Made by a program: the position numbers and the translations under genes
The notes under the pieces: generated by a model
Database searches by the model: none
The model's input: only the letters and a program-made list of their open reading frames with translations
What the model was told of the DNA's origin: nothing
Origin: Lama guanicoe
Lineage: Eukaryota
DNA: 64,000 nucleotides
Reading direction: 5' to 3'
Assembly: GCA_013239625.1 (NCBI GenBank)
Contig: MU054212.1
Span: 6,980,270-7,044,269, forward strand
Shown here: positions 54,231 through 64,000 of the stretch, in pieces
Position numbering within the stretch: position 1 is the first letter of the stretch
Layout: each line of letters starts with the position of its first letter

Positions 54231-55290
54231 TTTACAAAAAGACCACCAAGCATTCCCTAGTCAAAGAACTCAATAACCTCATATCATTCTCCATCTCTTT
54301 TAACTCTTCATACAAAACATAGTAGAAAACAATTCCTTGAAATGTTCTTCTTTAATAGTTTTCTTTCACTTCTTCATTGCCTATTTCTCCTCATAGTCCT
54401 AAATCATGGCTACTTAGTAAGAAATCATCTATTCCCTTTATACTCTCTCCCTTAATCATCTCCTCTGAGTACTTGATTCCCAACTAAACATCTTTAAACT
54501 TAACATTTTCCTGAACTTCTTGCCAAATGTACAAATCTTCCAAAAACCTATCTTTTCTACAGCCCAATCTTAGCACTGAATGTAGAGAAAGGAAGGGTGG
54601 ATTTGCTGGATCCCATGCAGCATAAAAGCAAGAGAATTAAATTAGAATGTACCCTTTGAGAAGTTGATATGCCACAAACAAGGAAATACAGAAATGCATG
54701 ATATATAGTAAACTGAAATGCCAAAGCAAGGAAGAAGGCTACAGAGGAAAATGCACACCTTTCTATGATCAGATATAGAGCTGGAAAAGATACAGGAGAC
54801 ATACAGAAGGAATTTCAAGATGGGAAAGATCTGACACATTCGAAGTGGTAAGAATGGTGCCTGGCACTGAGTCCATAATCACGAACTACGTGGTAAATAA
54901 AATAATGATAAGAGAGTAAAGATACAGCAAGATAAAGCTTCTGGTTACAGGCCCCTCTCCAATATATCTGGTATTAAATATTTGGACTTTGTCAAGAACA
55001 GCAAGCCAGAGCTAGTCTTAAAAGGAACACACCCACTCACAGGATTTCTAAAATAATAACTCATCTTCATTCCACTCAACCTCTTTTCCTTCCTTACCTC
55101 TCTGTTCCCATTATCAAAGTCTGCAATACTTAAATTGTCCTTGGATAGTCTTTTCAAGTTTCTATATCAATATACATAGTCAGTTTACCAAATCATAACA
55201 ATTCTTTTGTAATGACTCTTTAATTCCTATTGTTCAGACCCACTGATCCTTCATAGATCAGATCCTTATTACCTTAAACCCAGACTATAC

Positions 55291-55630
55291 TGATAAGATA
55301 AGCAATTTTGTAAAATTAATCAACAGAAACCTCAATTAGAATTGGGAGACCAGAAGGGAGTGTCTTCATGCCCTTCAATGATAGCAGAGCCCAACAGGAA
55401 AAAGAAAGACTCTTCTTTTCCTGGCAAGGATTCAGCCAATGAAAAGCCATGGACTTTGTTTACGACAGCCCTCCTGACTTCCTTTTTTCTTCAGTCAAAG
55501 TGTTCTCCTTCCCTTGCCTCAGAAAACTTGCACATGGCTCACCATGGTTGCAGACCCCAAATGTGCTGATCCCAAGTAAACCCATCTTTTCTGGAGAAAT
55601 ATGCAGTAGTGTATTTGTTTCAGGTCAATG
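55291..55630 (+). mobile_element. ERV1-type solo LTR interrupting an L2 relic
   Basis: Starts tgataagata; CCAAT box (cagccaatgaaaag); agtaaa poly(A)-like signal; ends tttgtttcaggtcaa; L2-like sequence on both sides. Confidence 0.65.
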
Positions 55631-56112
55631 GTCTCCATATTTCCTCCTATAACCAAATGATTCTGCACAGCACACTCAGACTCATACTTCCAAGCAAAGG
55701 ATTTGGTTATGTAACATCTCTAATCATATATATACATATGTATAGGACCAGAGACTGAGCAATAATAAAGTTCATGTTTTTTGAGCCTGAAATTCAAAAT
55801 GCTTCTTGACTGCATCTCAATTATTTCTACTTTATTTTAACCAATTATCTTTACATTTCTGAATCTTTCCTATGTTGTAGTCAAAGTAATTTTTTCCCAT
55901 ATTTTGTGTCATTTCATCATTGTTATTTGATTCATTCTGTTCTTGCTTAAATTCTTTCCTCACTTTTCATACATAAATGCATCCTTCAAGATTCAGTTCA
56001 AATCTGTCCTTACCCATTAACAATTCTTTAAATCCTTAGAGATCATACAAGTTGAGGGTACTCAAAACACGTAAATACTTCTTGCCCACAGTATTCATTT
56101 CTCATATTCTGC

Positions 56113-56910
56113 TGTGATACTGTGATTTAGAATAGGCAATATATATTTGGTCTTCATTTGTTTCTGGCACAGAGCTCCTAAAACCCTTGTAACTTCAATG
56201 GTGTCCTTTGTTATGTTAATGAGGTGACTTTTGGACGCCCCCCCCCCTTAAGAATGGAGGCTGACTGCCTGGAGAACCAACCACGGGATTAGACAGTAGG
56301 AACTTTCAGTCCCACCCTAGACCTCCAGGGAGGAAAGAAGGGTTGGACCTTGAATTAATCATCAGCCAACGGCCAATGATTCAATCAATCTTGCCTATGT
56401 AATGAGGACTCCATAAAAATCCAAGAGGACAGGGTTCGGAGAGCTTCTAAGTTGATGAACACATGGAGATTTGGGGAAACTGGCAAGTTCAGAGAGGACA
56501 TGGAAGCTCTGTGCCCTTTCCCCATTTCTTGTCTTATGTATATCTTCCATTTGGCTGTTCCTGACCTAGATCCTTTTATAATAAAACAAGAATCTAGTAA
56601 GCAAAATGTTTCTCTGAGTTCCGTGAGTCACTATGGTAAATTAATCAAACCCAAGGTGTGGTATAAACTGGAACCACCAATCTTTAGCAGTTGGTCAAAA
56701 TCCCAGGTGATAAGCTGGGCTTTCCCACTGGCATCTGAAGTGGGGTGAGGGGTAGTCTTGTAGGACTATGTCCTTAACCTAGAGGATCTGATGCAATCTC
56801 TAGGTAGATGATGTCAGGATTGAGTTGAATTGTAGAATACCCAAATAGTGTCCAAGAACAGTCTGGTGGTGTGGAAACTCCATGGCCATATATTAGAATT
56901 GGGTAGAGCC
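56113..56910 (+). mobile_element. MER21-family LTR
   Basis: tgtgatactgtgattta...ttctggcacagagctcctaaaaccct...ggaactttcagtcccaccctagacctccagggagga...ggcatctgaagtgggg. Confidence 0.85.
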
Positions 56911-57841
56911 TTTTAAATACCTTGTGTCATCTTTGCTGTTACTCTATATAACCATTTTTTTTTCTTTTGTGTTGTACTAATTGGCATATAGTTATATTTT
57001 ATTTGGCTTGCAAGATTATATACTCCTCATAAGGATCATTTCTTAAATATCTTTGCACCCTAATAGTACATGTATCTTCCAGTGTCCTAAATTAACTGGT
57101 TCACAAATCAATAATTTGATATTTTAAAAAATTAGTCCAAAACTAACAATGGCCCATAACTAACTATGACAATAAACTCTAAGCCAGGACATTAAAATTC
57201 TATTCAAGATTTCTACTGAATAGAAATAGATAAATAATCAGAATGGTAACTTAACTCAATTGTATCCTGTCAAACACAATCTCCGGAGCAAAAATGTACC
57301 AAAACGAAGATTAAGTTTTTTGATAAACATAGAGTTCTCTACCAGAATGAGCTGAGAAAAATCAAGTATGAACCCTTATACATAAAACATACATTTCATC
57401 ATCTCTTCACATATGTTATCGGAAACACTTTCAGAGCTAACATTTTATGAATTCTCAATGAGTAATTTTTAATTCTGGATTTCACAACCAAAAAAAATTA
57501 GTCCTTATTCTTCTTCTTCTAGGAACACATCCTCAATGAACTAAAATGTTTTTAGCACCTGCCAGTCCTGGCATGAAGGATAAAGAAAATGTTTATTTTA
57601 AAACCTCACACATTTCTGAAATTGTAAACAATTCTTATAAACCAAATTATAATTAACAATATATTATTAATAAAATGTATTACAATTTGTATTCTTAACA
57701 TTACATACCTTTACTCTGTTAACTATTAGTGATATTTAGGATTTCTTTCTTAATAAAAATACAACATTGGTATCACAAATTAATGAGCATATATAAATAT
57801 AGCTTACATAGGTTACTATACAATTTAGATGCAGTCCTCAC

Positions 57842-57931
57842 CTTCAGTATTTGTCATTTTATTTTCTTGAGAAACCTCAACAGCTTCCTTAGGGGCACCA
57901 AATCGAACCAAAGCTTGTGATGTGGCATTGT
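57842..57931 (-). CDS. CCDC178: CCDC178 coding exon, 90 nt, phase 1/1
   Basis: Minus strand ttttcttttaaaaag|ACAATGCC...ACTGAAG|gtgagg; encodes NATSQALVRFGAPKEAVEVSQENKMTNTE(G). Confidence 0.88.
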
Positions 57932-58169
57932 CTTTTTAAAAGAAAACAAAAATTTCAGGGAACAATAATATACATATTTAAACAAGCAAAATAATGTACA
58001 AAACTATGTTCCTAAAGTGTTGTCCTTAAAAAGCAACTATAGTATTGATATTAAACAAAACCTATGGTAGAATCTCTCTAGATATTTCTTGTGTTCTTCA
58101 ATTGGCTTAACACTCACAAGAAGGTATACAAAATATCATGTACCTCTTAAAAACAAACAGAAAGACCAT

Positions 58170-61100
58170 GCAGACTGACTTTACCAAAATAGTACGGTAG
58201 GAGACCCCAGCCTCTGGACACCATCAAAGATCAACAATTAGACAGCTATCTACAAACAAAATTAGCTCTGGGAGAGCGCAGGAGTTCACTTAAGAAATTT
58301 CAACAATATAGTGGAACAAAAAACCTGAGAATAACCACACACAAAAGAGGTAAGGAAAACAGTTTCATTTTGCCTGCATCCCCTAAGCCAACACTGCTCA
58401 GTGCCAAGAGGGAACTCTGCCTTGAAATAGTTCTCGTCACTGGAAAAGGGTGAGCAACCAGCTTCCTTACCCTTTTCGGGAACTCACAAAGGACTCACTT
58501 TGGTTCACCCCACCCAGAGACCAGCAAAGCTGAGAAGTAGACAGATGGCTTGGAATAAGGAAGAACGGCAGAAGCTCTCAGTACCGGCCCTGCAGCAGCA
58601 GTGCCTGTGCTTCCCAGTGGCCTGCTCTGCACAGGACCCTAGAGGCTTTGCTGGCAAAGTCGGCCTTCAGACATGAGGGAGAAAGTAAGAGGTTCCCAGG
58701 CAAACAAGAGCTGAGGGAGGTGATCATCATTTGACTTGCCTGACAAGAAATGCTGAAAGGAGTTCCTCCAGTTAAAATAACACTAATTAGTAAAACAAAA
58801 ACAATAACACTAATTAGTAAAAGCAAAAACATAAAGATGAGTATATGGTCAAATTCAGAATACTCCAATACTATAGTGGTGTATTAATCACTTAACTCTA
58901 GTTAATGGTTAAAGGACAGAAGTACTAAAATAGCTATAGCTGCAATAATTTATTAAAGAATACAAAATATAAAAAGATGTAAATTGTGACATCAAAAACA
59001 CAGAATGTGAGGGGAGTTGTAAGAGGGAAGACTTTTTGCACGTGACTGAAGCTAAGTTGTTATCAGTTCAAAATAGACTATTTTATCATAAAATATTTCA
59101 TTTAAGCCTCACAATAACCACAAAGCAAAAATCTATAGTAGATACACAAAAGAAACAAAGAAGGGAATCCGAGTACAGCACTATGAAAAATCATCAATTC
59201 AAAAAGAAAACAGAAAGAGAGGAAGAAATAAATAAAGGAACCACAAAGAGGCAGAAAACAACCAACAAGATGTCACCAGGAAGTCCTCACCTATCAATAA
59301 TCACTTCAAAATGGAAATAAATGAAATTCTCCAATCAAAAAGCACAGAGTCGTTGAGTGGATAAAAAAACAAGACCCAACTATATGTGTGCTACTACAAG
59401 AGACTAATTTCACCTTTAAGGGTACATATAGGCTCAAAATGAAGGGATGGAAAAAGATATTCCACACAAGTGGAAATCAAAAGAGATCATAGGTAGCTGA
59501 TCTCATATATATCTTATGACATCATATATACTTATGTCATGCAAAACAATCCCATTTACAACAGCATAAAAAGAATAAAATGCTTAGGGATAAAGTTAAC
59601 CAAGGAAGTGAAAGATCTATATGCCAAAAACTGTAAGATATTGATGAAAGAAATTATAGAACACAAATAAATGGAAGATCACATGTTCATGGCTGAAAAG
59701 AGTAAATATTGTTAAAATGTCCATTCAATTCAAAATTTATCACAATTCCAATGGCATTTCTCACAGATTTTTTTTTAAATCCTAAAATTCATTTGGAACT
59801 TCAAAAGAGTCATAATAGCCAAAGCAATTTTAAGAAAGAATAAAGATGGAGGTGTCACACTTCCTTATTTCAAATTATATAAAGAGCTATAATGAACAAA
59901 ACAGTAAGGTACTGTTTGGCATGAAAACAGACACACAGATCACTAGAATAAAATAGAGAATCCAGAAATAAACCCATGTATTAGTGATTAACTAATACTT
60001 GATAAGGAAGCCAAGACTACTCAATACGGAAAGAATAATATCTTCAATAAATAGTGGTAGGAAAACAGGATATTCACATACAAAATACTAAACTGAACCT
60101 CTATCTCACATCACTCATAAAACTTAACTTGAAATGGATTAAAAACTTAAAAGTAGGACTTGAAATCATAAACCTTCTAAAAGAAAACATAGGGAAAAAG
60201 CTCCTTGACATTGGTCTTGTAAGGATCTTTCAGATACAACACCAAAAGCATAACAAACTAAAACAAAAATCAACAAGAGAGACTACATCAAGCTAAAAGT
60301 TTCTGCACAGCAAAAGAAACAATTAACATAATGAAAAGGCAACCTGTAGAGTGAGAGAAAATACTTGCAAACCATCTATCTGGTAAGGGTATGTTAACAT
60401 TCAAATATATAAGGAATCGACAACTTGACAGCATTAAAACAAATAATCTGATTTAAAAATGGATAAAGGAACTGAGTGGCCATTTTTCCCAAGAACATAC
60501 AAATGGCCAATACGTAAATGAAAAGATGCTCAAATCATTAATCACCAGGGAAATGCAAGTCAAAACCACAATGAAATATCACCACATATCTGTTAGAATG
60601 GCTATTATAAAAAAGACAAGAGATAACAAATGTTGGTGAGGATGTGAAGAAAAGCAAATCCTTGGGCACTGCTCATGTGAATATAAATTTCTACAACCAC
60701 TATGGACAGCAGTATGGAGGGTCTTCAAAACTTGAAAACAAAAACGTCATGTAATCTAGCAATCCCTTTTCTGGGTTTTTATAGAAAGAGATGAAATCAC
60801 TATCTCAAAGAGGTATCTGCACTGCCTTGTTCACTGCAGCGTTAGTCACAATAGCCTAGACACGGAAACAACTTAATATCCATCTACAGCTAAAAGGATA
60901 AAGAAAATGTGATATACATATACATACACACACACAATTAAATATGTTAAGCCTTAAAAGGAAGGAAAGCCTGCCATTTGCAAGATGGAGGAAACTTGAG
61001 GGCATTACACTAAGTGAAATAAGTCAGACAAAGAAAGATACATACTATGTAACCTCTTATATGGTATCTAAAACAGCCTAACTTGTAGAAGCAGAGTACA

Positions 61101-61610
61101 ACAGTAGTTGGCACCATCTTGGGGAGTGGGGAAAAGGGGAGACGTTGGTCAAAAGGAACAAGCTTCCAGCTATAAGAGGAATACGTTCTGGGGACCTGAT
61201 GTACAGCATGGTGACTATAGTTAACTGTACTGTATTATATACTTGAAAACTGCAATGAGAGTAGATTTTAAATGTTCTTACCATAACTACAGTAACAAAA
61301 TGGTAATTATGTAAAGTGAAGGTCGTATTCAATAACCTTATCGTGGTCAACACTTCACAACATATACATATATGAAATCAGATTGTACATGCTGGGGAAG
61401 GGTATAGCTCAGTGGCAGAGTGTGTGCTTAGCATGCACAAGGTCCTGGGTTCAATCCCCAGTACCTCCATTTAAAAAATGAATAAATAAATACAAATAAA
61501 TAAACCTAATTATCTCCCTCTAAACGATCATGTTATAACTGACACAGTGTTATATATATATCAATTACATCTCAATAAAGCTGGAAAAACAAAAAATAAA
61601 TAAATAAATG
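58170..61610 (+). mobile_element. LINE-1 retaining 5' UTR and 3' end but with two large internal deletions (L1MA-like)
   Basis: 5'-UTR-like 58170-58655; ORF1 C-terminus (caagaaatgctgaaaggagttc); ORF2 start (SPHLSIIT; aaacaagacccaactatatg); jump to post-RT ORF2 at about 59540; 3' end ctcaataaagctggaaaaa. Confidence 0.88.
61394..61520 (+). mobile_element. tRNA-derived SINE, Vic-1 type, inserted in the L1 3' UTR
   Basis: ggggaagggtatagctcagtggcagagtgtgtgcttagcatgcacaaggtcctgggttcaatccccagtacctcc plus an A-rich tail and aaacctaattatctccc. Confidence 0.9.
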
Positions 61611-61894
61611 CAAACAGCAAACATAAATCATTATGTGCCAATACAGAAAGTAGTCCAAGGTACACTGAGAAAAATAGCAAGATATATATTTATGTGTAAG
61701 TTTTGTCATCACTTTTTGTTTTTTAGAAAGAGACATAGACTCTGACACATACTTGCAGTTGCATATATAAGTCCACAGATCAAGAAACTAAGAAAGGAGA
61801 GGAATGTAGAGAAAGAAGGGAAATTTTATATTTCATTTTATAATCTCTGAAGTGTTTAAAATTTTTCAAACAGAAGAATCTATTATTATGTTTG

Positions 61895-62375
61895 ATGGTT
61901 CCTTATAAAGTTAAATCTATTTATGCTACAATGCAGCAATTTCACTCCAAAGCTTTTATCCAAGATAATTCAAGTATAGGTGCAAGAACTTGTGATAACT
62001 TCAACCATAACAGCAGAAACTGAAAATCTAAATGTCTATCACAAGAAAAACAAATTTTTAAAAATATTGAGTAATCATGCAATAGTATAACGCTGAGCGG
62101 TAAAAAAGAATGAGCTACTAATACATGGAGTAACATTGGTGAAACTCAAAAGTAAATAGAGCAAAAATAATCAGAAAAAATGGATATTATATAATTCCAT
62201 TATTATGAGGTTCAAAAAAAGACAAAACTAAACTCTTACAATAGATATCAAAATAGTGATTCCCTATGGTAGGTGAGAAAATTTCTGGAGGTGATAAAAA
62301 TATCTTCTATCTAAAATAGAGTGACAGCTCTATATTTATCATATACATATTTATTAAAATGCATTAAATTCTTAA
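61895..62375 (+). mobile_element. L1ME-like 3' fragment
   Basis: cagcaatttcactcc...taaaaaagaatgagctacta...ttccattattatgaggttcaaaaaaagacaaaactaa. Confidence 0.65.
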
Positions 62376-62411
62376 TTAATAATTAATTAGTTACAAAATC
62401 TTTTCAACTAC

Positions 62412-62695
62412 ACTAGCACTCTTCAAATTGTGTCCAAAAATACATAATCCAGTGATATTCTAATAAGTATACAAAGAAAAGGGATTCTATGATCAAATAA
62501 TCAATGTATGGTTTAAGGAGGTATCTTCATTGCAGGACTTTTTGGGGCTTTCAATATGTAAATGTTTATCAAAAAATTCCAAAAATAAAATGAATGTTAT
62601 AGAATTTCCAAATTGTATTTTGCCTCATAATCATTTTTTTCCTGAAGCATATCTTACAATTTATATTCAGCAGGACACTCTCTGAGGAATATATC
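62412..62695. mobile_element. MER103-like hAT-Charlie relic
   Basis: aagggattctatgatcaaataa...ttcattgcaggactttttggggctttcaatatg resembles the MER103 consensus. Confidence 0.55.
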
Positions 62696-63371
62696 CTAAA
62701 GCACATTACCCTCCAAATCTGGGAGGAAACAGAATTCAGGAGGGGATTAAAACTGTTAAATTTCACAAACCACAAAAAATTTCTCTCATATAAATGTGAT
62801 TCAATATAAAATATTGGTGTATAGTACTCACATTTCTTGGAACGGCAGGACAAGTTTATCAAATCATTTTTTCCACTGAAAATAATTTAAAAGACATGGC
62901 ATATCATGATATATCATGTCTTTTAAAACATATTAAACATTACAAAAATTAGCATAATGTATATAACATTTACCCCCACATGATTTAAATTCAATAATTT
63001 AACAATATATGAAAAAGGATTACTTTACCATCTTTCAATCAAGACTGAAATTCATAAGACAGACTTGGGCAAATATTTTCACTAAACTTGGCACAAAGAG
63101 AAATAACATATAAAGGTTTTATTTATATTAGCTAAAATACTTAAAAATTACGAATTCATCATTAGAAGGTTCAAAACAGAGTAAATGAAAAGATTAAATA
63201 AATATATGGAAATTAACTTCACACTTTGGTAATAAAAATGTAAATTAGAGCAAATTTAGATTTATATTTTATAAATTAGCTATATAATAATGACTAAGTA
63301 ACATCTGGTATTTTGTGACAATACTGATACACCCACACAGTTGGTATTTTGAACATTTGTGGAAAACAATA

Positions 63372-64000
63372 TAGATGGTTCTTTGAAAAGATCAACAAAA
63401 TTAACAAAACTTTACCTTGACTAATCAAGGAGGAAAAAAAAAAGGTAATACTCAAAGAACTAAAACCAAGAATGAAAGAAGGATATTACTAACTACCTTA
63501 CAGAGTGGTTGTAAGAGAATACTATAAACAAACTTGTGCCAATAAATTAGATAACCTAGATGAAATGGACAAATTCCTATAAAACCACAAACTATTAACA
63601 TTGACCCAAAGAGAAAAAGAAAATCCAGCGAGAACTTAACAAGTAAAAAAATTAAATCAGTAATAAAAAATCCTCCCACAAATAAAAGTCCTCGGCCAAA
63701 TGGCTTCACTGTTGAGTATCATGAAATATTGAAAGAATTAACACTGATGCTTCATAAATTTGCCAAAAACATAAGAGAACACTTGCCAACTCATTCTATG
63801 AGCCCCATATTACCCTGACGGCAAAACCAGACAAAAACATTCCAAGAAAATAAAATTATACACAAAATACTCCTTATGAACATGGATCCTCACAAAATAC
63901 TGCCAAATCAAACCTAGTGGCATATAAAAAGGATTATACATTATGTTCAAGTGAGATTTATCCCAGAAAAGTTTCAACATTTGAAAGTCAATCATGTAAC
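63372..64000 (+). mobile_element. LINE-1 ORF2 fragment running off the window edge
   Basis: ggttctttgaaaagatcaacaaaatt...aataaattagataacctagatgaaatggacaaattccta...aactcattctatgag. Confidence 0.9.

Larger units (their letters stand above)
111..57931 (-). other. CCDC178: CCDC178 gene body (partial; 11 internal coding exons, start and stop codons not found in window)
   Basis: The exons listed below join in frame with matching phases (1472 nt, no stop). The product NATSQALVRFGAPKE...GVNKGIYFGYPCRRQSCALVNIPAPCVNKIISHIEDVESKIQEHLRQFETSLEEW...DEKCPELKQEMETLLSEAIYLIKSLETDRAEAEEALKQQ...EVRRKFK matches mammalian CCDC178 as I recall it. Confidence 0.95.

Noticed and set aside
61394..61470. tRNA-like sequence with A and B boxes (also at 728 and 16173)
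   Set aside because: The copies are diverged from each other and run into A-rich tails, and one has a TSD. They are SINE heads, not tRNA genes.
1..64000. CRISPR array, operon or defence-type system, CpG-island promoter
   Set aside because: No regularly spaced repeat-spacer units, no gene-dense ORFs and no CpG-rich tract; the sequence is mammalian intron plus spliced exons.

Overview
AT-rich, CpG-poor mammalian genomic DNA. It is probably from a camelid, inferred from three tRNA-derived Vic-1-type SINEs and cetartiodactyl-type L1 3' ends. The window is the interior of one large minus-strand gene that I recognise as CCDC178 (coiled-coil domain containing 178). Eleven GT-AG coding exons (90, 140, 23, 83, 201, 221, 143, 154, 96, 137 and 184 nt; 1472 nt in total) run from 57931 down to 111 and splice into one uninterrupted, phase-consistent reading frame. 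The start and stop codons were not found and appear to lie outside the window. The introns are packed with decayed L1, L2, MIR, MaLR/ERV LTRs and hAT-type DNA transposon relics, and many ORF-track entries are fragments of these. I found no prokaryotic-type system, CRISPR array or genuine RNA gene, and nothing I can support as a new biological system. The best second-look items are a poly(A)-only insertion with a perfect 16-bp target-site duplication (TSD), a young L1 nested in an older L1, a doubly deleted L1 that keeps both ends, and two candidate in-frame microexons next to a 42-bp near-perfect palindrome. Repeat subfamily names come from memory of consensus sequences, and repeat boundaries are approximate.
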